From NCBI GenBank assembly GCA_964537315.1, contig CAZIAP010000002.1:1-41236 (forward strand): 41,236 bases of DNA, in the 5' to 3' direction. Each line of letters begins with the position of its first letter. Position 1 is the stretch's first letter. Below are positions 24,593-36,064 of the stretch, in pieces. Position numbers and translations under genes: made by a program. Below the pieces are notes generated by a model, which did not search any database, was not told the origin of the DNA, and worked only from the letters and a program-made list of their open reading frames with translations. Source of the DNA: an uncultured Gammaproteobacteria bacterium. Its GTDB lineage: Bacteria > Patescibacteriota > Microgenomatia > Levybacterales > GWA1-39-11.

Positions 24593-26962
24593 TTACTGAG
24601 ACTGTATATTACCTGTTGGACGAATAGGAGAAAAACGACAATTTACTGAATTTTCTGTACCTCTTACAAAAAATGTTGGACGCCCATAGCAGTTTCGTGT
24701 CACGATAGTGTCAGGAACTGGATAGCTTTGCTGAGTAATATCATCAAGAAGAGACGTCATTATACTGTTCCACATGGGTGCAGCTCCAGTAACTCCAGAA
24801 GTAAGATTTGGACTCATCGGAGTATTGTCATTATTTCCAACCCAGGTTGCAACTACATACTCAGATGTAAACCCCACTGTCCAATTATCACGCTTATTGT
24901 CAGTTGTTCCTGTTTTTACCGAAACACGTTTTCCTGGAATATGAAGAGGAGAATTTGTGCCAAAAGCAGTTGAGCGCGCATTATTGTCAGACAAGATATC
25001 AGAGATAATAAACGCTGTCCCTTCGCTAACAACTTGCTGTGCATTGACTTCTTTTCCATATATCTTTTTACCGTAGGCATCTTTAACCTCCACAATAGGG
25101 TTAAGATTAACCCGTTTTCCCTTATTGGCAATCGTTCCAAAGACCATAGTTAAATCGGTCATTTTTGTTTCCCCCCCGCCTAAAGTGATTGAAAGTCCAT
25201 ATCTACTTGGATCTTTCCAAGTTGATATTCCCATTTTTCTACCCATAGAGATAATATCGTGTACACCTAGCTGTTGTGCCACACGTACTGCTGGAATGTT
25301 ATACGAGTTTGCAAATGCGTTACGTAAGGTTTGCCTACCATGGAATGAACCGTCATAATTAACCGGAGTATAAGATGGTCCACCATCTGTAGAGGCAATT
25401 GTAATAGGGGAGTCATCGAGCATAGATGCTTCCGTAAATCCATTCTCAAGAGCAAGTGTATATGTAACTATTTTAATCGTTGATCCTGGTTGCCGCAAAG
25501 AAGTTGCAACATTTACATTTCCGTCGTTCTCTGAATCAAAATAATTGCGACTTCCTACCATTGCTAAGACATCTCCATTACGAGGGTCTGTTACCATTGC
25601 TGCCCCATTCTGAACATTTAAGTAAGAGTTTTCATCTACATGTTGTGTAACAATCTGCTCAACTTGCTGTTGCAGGCTGTAATCTAAACTAGTTCTTACT
25701 TGGAGTCCTCCACGTTCTACTTCGTTTATTCCGTATTTCTGAACTAGAATATCTTTAACGTACATTACAAAATGAGGTGCTTTTATAGCAACATTCGGAC
25801 TTTCAAAAACCATCTCTTGCTGAAATGCTTCATTAGCCTGTTTTTGGGTGATATAACCATCACGTACCATTGCATCCAATACTTCTTTTTGTCTGTTTTT
25901 CCACAACTTACCTTCTCCGGAAAACGGCGAGTAAATACTTGGAGCACGAGGCAAACCAGCTAGAAACGCGCTTTCGGCCAATGTAAGTTCACCTACTTTT
26001 TTACCAAAGTATATTTCACTTGCTGACTCAACCCCCCAAGCAGTTCCTCCGTAGGGAACATAGTTGAAGTACATTTCCAAAATCTGATCTTTTGAATATT
26101 TCTGTTCTGACCAAAGTGCAAGAACTACCTCTTTCACTTTTCTTTTTATTGTTGGCTCAGGTGTCAAAAATGCAGATTTTATTAGCTGCTGTGTAATAGT
26201 TGACCCACCTTGCAAATAATCTGTGCTGATATTTGAAACAAAGGCGCGAATTATTCCTCTCAAATCAAAACCTGGATGATCATAAAAGTCTTTGTCTTCA
26301 ATAGCAATTGTGGCCTGTTTTAGCTGTTTAGGAATATCCTCCAATTGGACAACTGTTCTATTCTGGTTAGCATATATTTCATATAAAAGTACGTTATTTC
26401 TATCGTATATTTTTGTAGTCTTAGGAATATATGAAATAGATAGATTCTCTGGATCTGGAAGTTCTGATACAAATATTAAAAAAAGGAGAGGAACAAACAA
26501 AAACAAAAAAGACATTGCTGCACCAAGGAAGAAAAACTTGAATTTGTATAACAAAGAAGGTTTGTAAATAGGCTTTCTCGCTTTTTTTGGCCGACCCTTT
26601 CTTTTTTTATGTCTGAATAAGCTAGTGATGAACTTTATTAAGTTTCCAGTAGTTTCTGCAGTTTTTCTAAATATTTTTAAAACAAATCGGTATAGGTATC
26701 GAACAGGAGAGAATAAATAGTTCACTATAGGTTCTACCCGAAAACTTGATGATGCTTTGTATAGCGTGCGTGATTTTTTAATTTGTTTTTTTCGTCTAAA
26801 AGTTTTTTTTGCGTTTTGATTGAGAAAAGACAGCAGAAGCTGAGGCAAGGAAAAAATTGTTTGTACAAGTGTAATTAACCGCTGTATTATTACGAGTCCA
26901 TAATCTCCTATCGTAATAAATGCTATTAATAGCATTAATATAATCTGCCTGAAAACTGCCAT
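24593..26962 (-). CDS. Second class A penicillin-binding protein
   Basis: IEDKDF, GGSTITQQL, STIK, SYN and KTG motifs; long basic N-terminal extension. Confidence 0.95.
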   Translation of the reverse strand: MAVFRQIILMLLIAFITIGDYGLVIIQRLITLVQTIFSLPQLLLSFLNQNAKKTFRRKKQIKKSRTLYKASSSFRVEPIVNYLFSPVRYLYRFVLKIFRKTAETTGNLIKFITSLFRHKKRKGRPKKARKPIYKPSLLYKFKFFFLGAAMSFLFLFVPLLFLIFVSELPDPENLSISYIPKTTKIYDRNNVLLYEIYANQNRTVVQLEDIPKQLKQATIAIEDKDFYDHPGFDLRGIIRAFVSNISTDYLQGGSTITQQLIKSAFLTPEPTIKRKVKEVVLALWSEQKYSKDQILEMYFNYVPYGGTAWGVESASEIYFGKKVGELTLAESAFLAGLPRAPSIYSPFSGEGKLWKNRQKEVLDAMVRDGYITQKQANEAFQQEMVFESPNVAIKAPHFVMYVKDILVQKYGINEVERGGLQVRTSLDYSLQQQVEQIVTQHVDENSYLNVQNGAAMVTDPRNGDVLAMVGSRNYFDSENDGNVNVATSLRQPGSTIKIVTYTLALENGFTEASMLDDSPITIASTDGGPSYTPVNYDGSFHGRQTLRNAFANSYNIPAVRVAQQLGVHDIISMGRKMGISTWKDPSRYGLSITLGGGETKMTDLTMVFGTIANKGKRVNLNPIVEVKDAYGKKIYGKEVNAQQVVSEGTAFIISDILSDNNARSTAFGTNSPLHIPGKRVSVKTGTTDNKRDNWTVGFTSEYVVATWVGNNDNTPMSPNLTSGVTGAAPMWNSIMTSLLDDITQQSYPVPDTIVTRNCYGRPTFFVRGTENSVNCRFSPIRPTGNIQSQ

Positions 26963-27068
26963 ATGTATGAATGGGAATTCTGTCTGAATTATACACAATA
27001 CAGGCTCAAATAGAAAGACATAAACACTTAAGGTTTCTTTTTATTTGTATATTGCATACAATAGATTA

Positions 27069-28046
27069 ATGCGTTGTCTTGTAATTGGTGCCTCAGTCGT
27101 TGACGTATTTTCAAGCCTTCAATCAAACGACCTTGCTTCTATTAGTAATGATTCAATCACTTTTAATATTGGAGATAAGGTTCCTGTTGAAATAAAAGAG
27201 CAAGCACTTGGAGGTAACGGGATGAATATTTCGGTAGGTCTTAAAAGACTTAAGGTCGATGTCACCTTTTACACGTTCTTAGGTAATGATGCCTTTTCAG
27301 AAACAATCGAAAATCAATTAAAAAAAGAAAAGATTACCGAAATCCTTGAGCGAAGTAATACAAAGTCAGACTTTTCATTTATTTTAAATGTAAATGATGA
27401 CCGAATTATTTTTTCTCATCACCCAACTAGAGTCCAAAGTTTTAATCCTCCGAAAGATCAACGGTTTGACTATATATTTTTAAGTTCAGTAGGCAATTAC
27501 TGGAAAGAGGTTTATCAAACAGCAATTGAGTACGCCACCTTAAGTGGAACTCCTATAATATTTTCTCCCGGATCACAGCAGATGGCTGATCCAGACGATA
27601 CTTTTTTCTCAGCCTTACATTATTCTGAAATCATATTGATCAATAAAGATGAAGCATCTAAAATCACGACAAAGTTCGGATTAAAATCAAAATCTATTGA
27701 AGAGATTCTTATGAATACTTCAAAACTCGGCCCAAAAGTAGTGTCTATAACAGACGGGTTGAATGGTGCATATGCATATGAAAACAATAAAATGTTTAAA
27801 ATCAAAACTTTTTCACCTGAAAAAGCTCCAGAGAAAACAGGAGCAGGTGATGCATATGCTTCGGGATTTATCGCTGGATTTTTCAACACCAAGTCCATAG
27901 AAGAAGCAATGAGATGGGGAAGCGTAAATGCACATATGGCGGTGCAGAAAGTTGGAGCACAAAGCGGCTTAGCAACCCAAGAAGAATTATTGAATACTTT
28001 GAAAAAACATGATACCTTTAAAGCAACAATTATCAAGGGTCAATAG
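27069..28046 (+). CDS. PfkB-family carbohydrate kinase
   Basis: GGNGMN and KTGAGDAYASG motifs; substrate not assignable from sequence. Confidence 0.9.
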   Translation: MRCLVIGASVVDVFSSLQSNDLASISNDSITFNIGDKVPVEIKEQALGGNGMNISVGLKRLKVDVTFYTFLGNDAFSETIENQLKKEKITEILERSNTKSDFSFILNVNDDRIIFSHHPTRVQSFNPPKDQRFDYIFLSSVGNYWKEVYQTAIEYATLSGTPIIFSPGSQQMADPDDTFFSALHYSEIILINKDEASKITTKFGLKSKSIEEILMNTSKLGPKVVSITDGLNGAYAYENNKMFKIKTFSPEKAPEKTGAGDAYASGFIAGFFNTKSIEEAMRWGSVNAHMAVQKVGAQSGLATQEELLNTLKKHDTFKATIIKGQ

Positions 28047-28051
28047 ATCTT

Positions 28052-28918
28052 ATGACATTAAAAGAACTACATCAAAAAGCAAAAAAAGAGCACTGGGCAG
28101 TTCCCCATTTCAATTTTTCAAGCCTCACACAGCTAAAAGGAATTCTTGAAGGCGCCAGAGAAATGCGCGCGCCTGTACTAGTAGGCACATCAGAGGGAGA
28201 AAGAGAAAGTATCGGACTGAAACAGGCTGTTTATCTCATCCGTAGTTATCGAGAAACATATGACATTCCTGTTTTTTTAAATGCAGACCATTCTAGAAGT
28301 TTTGAAACAGCAAAAGCAGCTTGTGATGCTGGATATGACTCGGTACACTTAGATGTTTCCAAGAAATCCTTTGAGGAGAATCTAGAGGAGACTAAACGGG
28401 TAGTAGATTATGTGAAGAGTACACGTCCTGAAGTAGAGGTGGAAGGAGAACTGGGATATCTTGCTACAGAGTCCTCAAAAATCTATAAAGAATCAATCGA
28501 AATACCGGAAGACAGCTATACAAAAGTAGAGGAAGCACTTAGGTACGTCAAAGAAACTGGTATTGATCGTTTTGCACCTGCTATTGGAAATCTTCATGGA
28601 ATTGCTGCAAATACCCCTAAAATAAGGTTTGACCTCATTGAAGAATTGATGTCTGCTCTTCCAGAAAACCTTACCTTCGTTTTGCATGGGGGTTCAGGAA
28701 TAACAAATGATGACTTAAAAAAAATTGTTGAAACCGGATTTAATAATGTTCATATCTCTACTGAAATAAGAGTTGCATATACAAATGGACTTAAAACATT
28801 TCTAGAAAAAAATCCTGACGAGATTTCGCCTGCCAAATACCTTGATGCAGCAAAAGACGCAATGATTCCTGTAGTTAAAGAAAAATTAGAGGTTTATAAT
28901 ACTGTAAACGTTGTATAA
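28052..28918 (+). CDS. fba: Class II fructose-bisphosphate aldolase
   Basis: LNADH, EGELG, GNLHG and LHGGSG motifs. Confidence 0.92.
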   Translation: MTLKELHQKAKKEHWAVPHFNFSSLTQLKGILEGAREMRAPVLVGTSEGERESIGLKQAVYLIRSYRETYDIPVFLNADHSRSFETAKAACDAGYDSVHLDVSKKSFEENLEETKRVVDYVKSTRPEVEVEGELGYLATESSKIYKESIEIPEDSYTKVEEALRYVKETGIDRFAPAIGNLHGIAANTPKIRFDLIEELMSALPENLTFVLHGGSGITNDDLKKIVETGFNNVHISTEIRVAYTNGLKTFLEKNPDEISPAKYLDAAKDAMIPVVKEKLEVYNTVNVV

Positions 28919-28922
28919 CTTT

Positions 28923-29384
28923 ATGAAAATTATTCTAGGTTCAGATCATCGTGGATTCACACTGAAGCAGGAAATAAAGAAGCATTTACTAGAACACGGA
29001 CATCAAGTACAAGATATGGGCGACCTACTGCCAAGCACACCTGATGACTATCCAGACACCGCGCTTGCCGTCGCAAATGAAGTAATAAAACATCCTGAGA
29101 ATCGTGGGATTTTGTTATGCGGTTCAGGTGTAGGGGTGTGTATTACTGCAAATAAGATTAAGGGAATTAGATCAGGATTTGGATATAACGCAGAACAAGT
29201 AAAATCAGCAAGAAACGATGATGATATTAATATCCTTGCACTCGCAGCAGATTATACGCCAAAAAACGAGGCAATAGAGATGGTCTCTGAGTTTTTGAGC
29301 ACAAAATACGAGGCTACGGAACGTCATAACAGACGACTCGATAAAATACGAGCTATAGAAAAAACTCATGCTAACGCAACCTAA
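28923..29384 (+). CDS. rpiB: Ribose-5-phosphate isomerase B
   Basis: GSDHRG, DDYPD, LCGSGVG..ANK and RHNRR motifs. Confidence 0.93.
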   Translation: MKIILGSDHRGFTLKQEIKKHLLEHGHQVQDMGDLLPSTPDDYPDTALAVANEVIKHPENRGILLCGSGVGVCITANKIKGIRSGFGYNAEQVKSARNDDDINILALAADYTPKNEAIEMVSEFLSTKYEATERHNRRLDKIRAIEKTHANAT

Positions 29385-30018
29385 TACTATCGAAATTATT
29401 CCGGGAATCCTGGAACACCAATGGCCTGAAATAGAGAATAAGATTCTCACCGCGCAAAAATTTGCTAAAACACTTCATATAGACATTATTGATGGCCAGT
29501 TTGTAGATAATAAGACATTCCTCAACCCTGCTCCTTTTGCCCCATATACTAGCTCTTTGTTTTTTGAGCTCCATATGATGGTAGAAGAACCTATCCGATA
29601 TATTGAACAGTTCGCAAAAGTAGGCTTCAGGCGATTTATTGGTCAAATTGAAAAAATGTCAGACCAACGTGTGTTTATCGAAAGAGCACGCCAGTTTGGA
29701 GAAGCAGGACTTGCAATTGATGGACCTACATCCTTGGATAAAATAACAGTCCCTTTTACAGAAGTAGACTGTTTTCTTGTCTACACATCTGACAGAGTGG
29801 GCTATTCTGGACCTCCTTTTTTGCAAAGCAGAGTAGATAAAATCAAAGAGTTGCGTAAACGCACGATAGCCCCCATTGAAGTTGATGGCGGAATCAATGA
29901 AATGTCATTGCCTAAAGCTAAATCAGCAGGAGCAACTCGGTTTGCAGCGACTAGTTTTATTTTTTCTCATAGCTCACCCGAAGAACAATACCGTAAGTTA
30001 TTGCTGCTCGCCAAGTAG
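29368..30018 (+). CDS. rpe: Ribulose-phosphate 3-epimerase
   Basis: HIDIIDG, HMMVEEP and EVDGGIN motifs. Confidence 0.88.
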   Translation: MLTQPNTIEIIPGILEHQWPEIENKILTAQKFAKTLHIDIIDGQFVDNKTFLNPAPFAPYTSSLFFELHMMVEEPIRYIEQFAKVGFRRFIGQIEKMSDQRVFIERARQFGEAGLAIDGPTSLDKITVPFTEVDCFLVYTSDRVGYSGPPFLQSRVDKIKELRKRTIAPIEVDGGINEMSLPKAKSAGATRFAATSFIFSHSSPEEQYRKLLLLAK

Positions 30019-31476
30019 CTACAATACAACCCTGCGGCTTTCTATAATATCCTTATTCTCTAGATTGTTTCTTAGAAGAATAATGACCATCTCATCCACA
30101 TAAACAGGAATCCACTGGTCGCTTTGTATAATTGTCCTCATAAATTCCTGAGCCCAAGGCGTAATATCCGTGTGCACGAAAAAAATTGAGTTAATATTAT
30201 ATCTTTTGACTTGCTGTTCAAAATAATCCGGGTCTGTCTGCATTAGTTTATATTCCTCGAAAAAATCTGCTGGATAAGCCTCTGGCCTTCCGTCAACAAA
30301 AACTTTCTCATCCGGATACATTCGATAAATTAAATAGCTACCAATGTCAAAGTTATTAAATATTGGTCCTTTTATACTATTTTCTTCAATGAAATTAACA
30401 GCTTTTTCTGCTCCATCCATATACTTTAGCCCAAAGTACGGTGAGGAAATAAAAATAAAACTGTGAATAAATACAAAAAGTAGAGTAAAAACCATTGATA
30501 TTACAAGCATTTGTTTTTTAACTTCAGGGGATACTTTGTGTCTGATCTTGTGTGCCGCTGCTGCTACTGCAGGAAACGCTATAAGCACAAACAATGGGAA
30601 GTTTCTAATCATTACAAAACCTGCTATTACTGAAAAAATTACGCTAAAAGCAAAAAAATAGTTACGAAAACGCAAGTGGACTATAGCGCATGCCAACGAA
30701 GCTACTGCAAGAATTTCAAACACTAGAACTCGAGGATTAAAAAAGAAAGAGTTTAGAAAGAATATGTTTTGATTTTCAACTATTGAATATCCATAATTTC
30801 CAAATACGCGCAAAGGATACACCGCCCCAGCAAGAAAGTTGGGATTCAGTAATGTAGACATAAATGTTAGCACATACACTACAATAAATTTTTTGTTTAG
30901 ATTTTTACGAATCAGTAAATCTATACCTAGAAATGTAAAAAGTAAAAGTCCAACAAAAAAATAGATGTGTGAGTTAACCCAGAGTACCTGAAGAAATGGA
31001 ATAGGAATCAAATATTTTAACTCCTTTGTTTCTCGATAACGTAAAAACAACCATAAAAACCCGGCTAGAAACAAAAAGCTAAATATCTCAGGTCGTAAGT
31101 CAAACCTTTCTGAAAACACAAAAATAAAGGGTATAGATATGATAAGTGCGATCCATTGCGTACTGTTTTTAACAGCCAAAAAGTATACAGTAATAAACGT
31201 TGAAACTATTACTGCTACCTTTAGCCATAACAATGTGTTTAATCCAGCAAACTGTGTGGTTATAAAAAATATAACTTCTGGAATCCAATGATGATTAATA
31301 AAAGGAAAATTGGGTGCAGTATAAGAAAACAAGTTTGTTTTCGGAACGCAGAAACACTCAAGTATAATCTCCCCAAGCAATAAATGACGTCCTAAATCCT
31401 GAGTAAATGCTCGCTCTACTTGAAAAAGTAAGAGTACTAAGTAGAAAACTGGCGTAAAAAAAATAATCTTTTTCAT
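30019..31476 (-). CDS. Polytopic membrane protein, possibly GT-C-fold glycosyltransferase
   Basis: DLGRHL, NHHW, RPE, LWVNSH and FVDGRPEAY motifs; about 12 TMs. Function is inferred only. Confidence 0.65.
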   Translation of the reverse strand: MKKIIFFTPVFYLVLLLFQVERAFTQDLGRHLLLGEIILECFCVPKTNLFSYTAPNFPFINHHWIPEVIFFITTQFAGLNTLLWLKVAVIVSTFITVYFLAVKNSTQWIALIISIPFIFVFSERFDLRPEIFSFLFLAGFLWLFLRYRETKELKYLIPIPFLQVLWVNSHIYFFVGLLLFTFLGIDLLIRKNLNKKFIVVYVLTFMSTLLNPNFLAGAVYPLRVFGNYGYSIVENQNIFFLNSFFFNPRVLVFEILAVASLACAIVHLRFRNYFFAFSVIFSVIAGFVMIRNFPLFVLIAFPAVAAAAHKIRHKVSPEVKKQMLVISMVFTLLFVFIHSFIFISSPYFGLKYMDGAEKAVNFIEENSIKGPIFNNFDIGSYLIYRMYPDEKVFVDGRPEAYPADFFEEYKLMQTDPDYFEQQVKRYNINSIFFVHTDITPWAQEFMRTIIQSDQWIPVYVDEMVIILLRNNLENKDIIESRRVVL

Positions 31477-33002
31477 TAGGAGACATGAGACAGCTTCGGT
31501 CTGTACTGAAGCGCCTCAAGTACATGAGACTCCATGATATCTGAAGACCCGTCAAGATCAGCAACTGTACGTGCTATCTTTATAACTTTATAATATGCAC
31601 GGGCAGAAAGCGAGAGTTTCTCCATAGCAGAGGCAAGCAAATCTCTTGCTTCAGTTGATAGCTGAGACAGTCTTTTAATCTCCTTGCTGCTCATTTCACT
31701 ATTAGTAAATATGCCAGACTTTTCAAACCGCTGCTGTTGAACTTTTCTTGCACTTACCACACGAGCGCGAACAGCGTCTGAACCTTCTGCATGAGATTGG
31801 TCGGCGACTAATTTTTCGGTTTTAACGGACGGTACATCAATGTGTAAATCGATTCTATCCATAATTGGTCCTGACAGTTTCTTTTGATACTTCAAGATCT
31901 GAAACTGAGTACATAAACAAGTTCTGGAAGGATCTCCAAAATACCCACAGGGACAAGGATTAAGTGCTGCCACCAACATAAACCTTGCCGGGAATGTTAC
32001 CCTATCTCTTGCCCGAGATATTACAACGTACCCGTCTTCAAGCGGCTGGCGCATTGCTTCAAGAACCATTCGGGGAAATTCAGGAAACTCATCCAAAAAA
32101 AGTATTCCTCTATGAGCAAGAGAAATCTCACCTGGTCGAGGATTAGCCGAACCGCCGATAATACCAACATGCGAACTCGTATGATGAGGACTACGAAACG
32201 GACGGACTTTTAATATCTCGTCACTTTCCAGCATACCTGCTGTGCTGTAAATTTTTGTAACTTCCAATGCTTCATCAAACGATAGATGAGGCAAGATTGA
32301 AGGAATTGTTTTTGCAATTAATGTTTTACCTGCACCCGGAGACCCTTTCAATAAAATATTGTGTCCACCTGCAACTGCCACCTCTACTGCACGTTTTACA
32401 AACTCTTGTCCTTGGATATCTTTAAAGTCAAACTCGTGTAGGTTAGTAGAGCCTTCTTCAACATAAGGAATATGATCTGCAGGTTCTATCAATTTTTGCT
32501 CTGTTAAATGCAAGTAAACCGACTCAAGATCTTTTGCTGGAAAAACAGATATTCCCGATATTACTGCCGCTTCTTTAGCATTCTCACAAGGAACAAATAT
32601 GGCTTTCATTCCGTACTGCTTAGCAAGTAGGGCTAGAGCAAGAACTCCTTTTGTTCTACGCAGTGTGCCGTCAAGCGAAAGCTCTCCTAAAAAGAGGTAG
32701 TTACTTAAATCAACCTGCAACTGACCACTTGCAGCAAGTATAGATACGGCTATCGGTAGATCAAATAATGAGCCCTCTTTCGGTAGGTCACCTGGCGCAA
32801 GGTTTACTGTTATTCTCCTTGCAGGTAAGTCTGCTCCTGAATTCTGTAGCGCAGAACGTACACGCTCTCGCGATTCTTCAACAGCTTTATCAGGCAATCC
32901 GACAATAGTAAAAGCAGGTAGCCCGTTAAGGATATCTGTCTCTACTTGGACAAAAACTCCGTCTAAACCAACCAGCGCACATGAAAGTACACGGGCAACC
33001 AT
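31476..33002 (-). CDS. comM: YifB/ComM Mg-chelatase-like AAA+ ATPase
   Basis: GLPDKAVEESRERV, GSPGAGKT, PFRSPHH, PGEISLAHRG and NPCPCG motifs. Confidence 0.93.
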   Translation of the reverse strand: MVARVLSCALVGLDGVFVQVETDILNGLPAFTIVGLPDKAVEESRERVRSALQNSGADLPARRITVNLAPGDLPKEGSLFDLPIAVSILAASGQLQVDLSNYLFLGELSLDGTLRRTKGVLALALLAKQYGMKAIFVPCENAKEAAVISGISVFPAKDLESVYLHLTEQKLIEPADHIPYVEEGSTNLHEFDFKDIQGQEFVKRAVEVAVAGGHNILLKGSPGAGKTLIAKTIPSILPHLSFDEALEVTKIYSTAGMLESDEILKVRPFRSPHHTSSHVGIIGGSANPRPGEISLAHRGILFLDEFPEFPRMVLEAMRQPLEDGYVVISRARDRVTFPARFMLVAALNPCPCGYFGDPSRTCLCTQFQILKYQKKLSGPIMDRIDLHIDVPSVKTEKLVADQSHAEGSDAVRARVVSARKVQQQRFEKSGIFTNSEMSSKEIKRLSQLSTEARDLLASAMEKLSLSARAYYKVIKIARTVADLDGSSDIMESHVLEALQYRPKLSHVS

Positions 33003-33123
33003 ATATTTTTCAGTATAAATACAAGTAAATAAAATTCCAATACACAAAACTACTCCAATTTATAATTGTCAGCTACTAGTAATTTAGTGTATAGCTTACG
33101 TGCTGTGATACAATACGATCAAC

Positions 33124-34896
33124 ATGAACGATACGGATAAGATAAAACAAAAAATTGATATTGTAGATTTTATCGGTCGATTCGTGGATCTAAATAGAGC
33201 AGGCAGAAACTCCAAAGGACTGTGTCCGTTTCATAGTGAAAAATCCCCGTCATTTATGGTTTCAGGAGAAAGACAAATATGGCATTGTTTTGGCTGTCAA
33301 AAAGGAGGAGATATTTTTTCTTTTCTCATGGAATATGAAAAAATTGAGTTTGCTGAAAGCCTTAAAATACTGGCAAAAGAAGCTGGCGTTACTATAACTC
33401 AACCAATTTACCGCACTGAATCAGAACAAAAAAAGGAACTTCTATACGCTATTAACTCTGCAGCCGCCCAGTTTTATAATTATCTGCTCACCCAGCACGC
33501 TGTTGGCAAAAATGCACTTAAATACTTGACTGAAGACCGAGGAATTCCTTCAGGGTTAGTTGACAAGTTCCAGTTAGGGTACGCTCCTAATAAAACGACC
33601 GCACTAACTGAATATCTCGTAAAGAAACGCCAATATAAGCTAGAGGATATTCAAGCAGCTGGTCTTACGTCTGCAGGTAGAGGTAGACTATCAGATTTTT
33701 TTACCAACCGTGTCATTTTTCCGATTCATGACTTACGAGGAAATATCATCGCTTTTTCAGGAAGGGCTCTCGATAATGAGACAACGCCTAAATATATTAA
33801 TACCCGTGAGACGCTAATCTACAAAAAGAGTTCCTCATTGTTCGGAATATTTTTTGCAAAAGACGCAATGAGAAAAGAAAACAAGGTTTTAGTTGTTGAA
33901 GGAGAGTTTGATGTCATCAGCAGTATGAAAGAAGGAATATCTCATGCAGTCGCCCTAAAAGGCACCGCACTAACAGAAGAACAAATTAAGCTGCTTAAAA
34001 GATATGTTGCAAAAGTACTCTTCTGCTTCGATTCAGACGTGGCAGGGACAACTGCCCAGAAACGTTCTATCGCATTACTTGAAAAAGAAGGGCTGTCTGC
34101 TGCGGTAATAGTCCCTCCTGAAGGTAAAGATCCTGATGAGCTATTACGAGAAAACCCAACACTGTTTAAAAAAGCCCTTAAAAATGAAGTAAATGTTTAT
34201 GACTTTCTTATTGATTCTGCAGTAAAAGTGGTAGAAGTACAAACACCCGAAGGTAAAAGAAAGGTGCTTGATGAGACTCTGCCAATAATTTCTCAGATTG
34301 ATAACGAAGTTATCAAAGAACACTACTTAAAAAAACTGGCTCAAGCACTTGATACTTCTTATGAGTCAGTTCTGAGACAGAGTAATAAGAGTATCGATAA
34401 ACCCAAAATTATTCCAGTTAGTGTTAAAAGAGAGTCTAAAACCAGAGAAGAAATAACTGAGACATACTTTTTGTCTTTGGTTCTTCAGGCAAAAAACCCT
34501 TCTGACGAGATCTCCAGAATCAGCCCTATTTTAAATGAGATTGAACTTAGTACTCCATCTTTACAAAAACTTTGGAGTGAGATGCTTAATTTTTCTAAAA
34601 ACTCGACTTTTTCCCTAGATGAGTTTGCCAAACAAGTTCCGTCAGAACTTCTTGAAGCTTTTGACACCTGTTGCTTGTCACCCATACCTGAGTTTGAAGA
34701 CGCACAAACATTTGAGAAAGAACTTAGAAAAGTTGCTGTCGACACTGCAACTCTTGCAGTTCGCCATAAAATAAAAGCAGTAACACAGCGACTGCAGGAG
34801 TTGGAAAAAAATCCAAATGATGATACAATTGCATCACTGCAGACAGAATTTAGTAAATATACTCAACGTCTCGCGGCAATTAAACGAGCCTCTTGA
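33124..34896 (+). CDS. dnaG: DNA primase
   Basis: CPFHSEK zinc finger, PKYIN, VEGEFD, FDSD and KDPDE motifs. Confidence 0.97.
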   Translation: MNDTDKIKQKIDIVDFIGRFVDLNRAGRNSKGLCPFHSEKSPSFMVSGERQIWHCFGCQKGGDIFSFLMEYEKIEFAESLKILAKEAGVTITQPIYRTESEQKKELLYAINSAAAQFYNYLLTQHAVGKNALKYLTEDRGIPSGLVDKFQLGYAPNKTTALTEYLVKKRQYKLEDIQAAGLTSAGRGRLSDFFTNRVIFPIHDLRGNIIAFSGRALDNETTPKYINTRETLIYKKSSSLFGIFFAKDAMRKENKVLVVEGEFDVISSMKEGISHAVALKGTALTEEQIKLLKRYVAKVLFCFDSDVAGTTAQKRSIALLEKEGLSAAVIVPPEGKDPDELLRENPTLFKKALKNEVNVYDFLIDSAVKVVEVQTPEGKRKVLDETLPIISQIDNEVIKEHYLKKLAQALDTSYESVLRQSNKSIDKPKIIPVSVKRESKTREEITETYFLSLVLQAKNPSDEISRISPILNEIELSTPSLQKLWSEMLNFSKNSTFSLDEFAKQVPSELLEAFDTCCLSPIPEFEDAQTFEKELRKVAVDTATLAVRHKIKAVTQRLQELEKNPNDDTIASLQTEFSKYTQRLAAIKRAS

Positions 34897-34928
34897 ATAG
34901 GCTTGTAGTTTTTTGTTACAATAGAGCG

Positions 34929-36020
34929 ATGCCGCAATCTCAACCTGTTAAAAATTCCAAGATAGAAGAACTGCTAGCAACAGCTAAAAAGCGAGGATAT
35001 ATATCCCAAGACGAAATCCTTGCTGCGTTCCCACAACCCGAAAACCACTTAGTAGAGCTTGATAGTCTGTACGACCAACTAATAAAAAAAGAAATCGATA
35101 TTTTCGAAACTGTTGAAGAAGAAAAAGATGCTCAAAAATCGATGGATGACCTCGAAAAGGAGCTTGAAGCACTTAACATCATCCAGGGAGGAGCAGTTAC
35201 AGATCCGGTTCGTATGTATCTCAAGGAAATCGGACGAATCCCACTTTTAACTTTTGACCAAGAGGTAGATCTTGCAAAACGCTTAGAAGCAGGCGATATG
35301 TCAGCTCGAAAAAAACTGGTTGAATCAAACCTTCGTTTAGTAGTTTCAATTGCGAAAAAATACGTTGGACGTGGTATGGGGCTTCTTGATCTTATTCAGG
35401 AAGGAAATCAAGGACTAATTCGCGCAGTAGAGAAGTATGACTGGAAAAAAGGTTTTAAATTTTCAACCTATGCTACCTGGTGGATAAGGCAAGCAATTAC
35501 TCGTGCTATTGCCGATCAAGCAAGAACTATCCGAATTCCAGTTCATATGGTAGAGAATATCAATAGGTTTATGAGAGTACAAAGAAAATTAATGCAAGAA
35601 CTCGGACGCCAACCAACACCTGAAGAAATTTCAGAGGTTCTAGAAATAGATCCAGATAAAGCTCGTGAGATTATTAAAATCTCTCAGCAACCAACTAGTC
35701 TTGATACACCTGTAGGAGACGAGGAAGATTCGTATCTTGGTGACTTTATCTATGATGTTACTGCTCCGACTCTCTTTGATACTGCTTCTCGCGGTTTACT
35801 AAAAGAACAATTAAACTCAGTACTAGGAACCCTTTCTGACAGAGAACGACGAGTCATTGAAGAAAGATTTGGATTAAGAGATGGAAAACCAAAAACACTT
35901 GAAGAAGTGGGTCGTATGTTTGCTGTTACTCGTGAGCGCATTAGACAAATTGAAGCCAAAGCTCTACGCAAGCTTCGTCACCCGTCTCGAGGGAATAAGC
36001 TCAAAGACTACCTCGAATAA
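34929..36020 (+). CDS. rpoD: Primary sigma factor RpoD/SigA
   Basis: [36 protein letters not shown] and [14 protein letters not shown]. Start at 34929 is 6 nt after TGT-TACAAT. Confidence 0.97.
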   Translation: MPQSQPVKNSKIEELLATAKKRGYISQDEILAAFPQPENHLVELDSLYDQLIKKEIDIFETVEEEKDAQKSMDDLEKELEALNIIQGGAVTDPVRMYLKEIGRIPLLTFDQEVDLAKRLEAGDMSARKKLVESNLRLVVSIAKKYVGRGMGLLDLIQEGNQGLIRAVEKYDWKKGFKFSTYATWWIRQAITRAIADQARTIRIPVHMVENINRFMRVQRKLMQELGRQPTPEEISEVLEIDPDKAREIIKISQQPTSLDTPVGDEEDSYLGDFIYDVTAPTLFDTASRGLLKEQLNSVLGTLSDRERRVIEERFGLRDGKPKTLEEVGRMFAVTRERIRQIEAKALRKLRHPSRGNKLKDYLE

Positions 36021-36029
36021 AGCCTAAGC

Positions 36030-36058
36030 TTGCCAGCAATGTTTTCTCGTAATATAAT
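36030..36058 (+). promoter_or_regulatory. sigma70 promoter of the second sigma gene
   Basis: TTGCCA(36030-36035)-17-TATAAT(36053-36058)-6-ATG. Confidence 0.75.
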
Positions 36059-36064
36059 CCATGC

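Noticed and set aside
34101-34111. TGCGGTAATAG in dnaG as a fifth copy of the 32-bp site
   Set aside because: Only the first unit is present with no second or third unit at +11/+22; it is explained by codons for AAVI.
102-35971. Many short ORFs antisense to or nested in housekeeping genes (e.g. 798..1226, 5350..5673, 19540..19908, 27620..28036)
   Set aside because: They are shadows of well-supported genes with no motifs or independent start signals.
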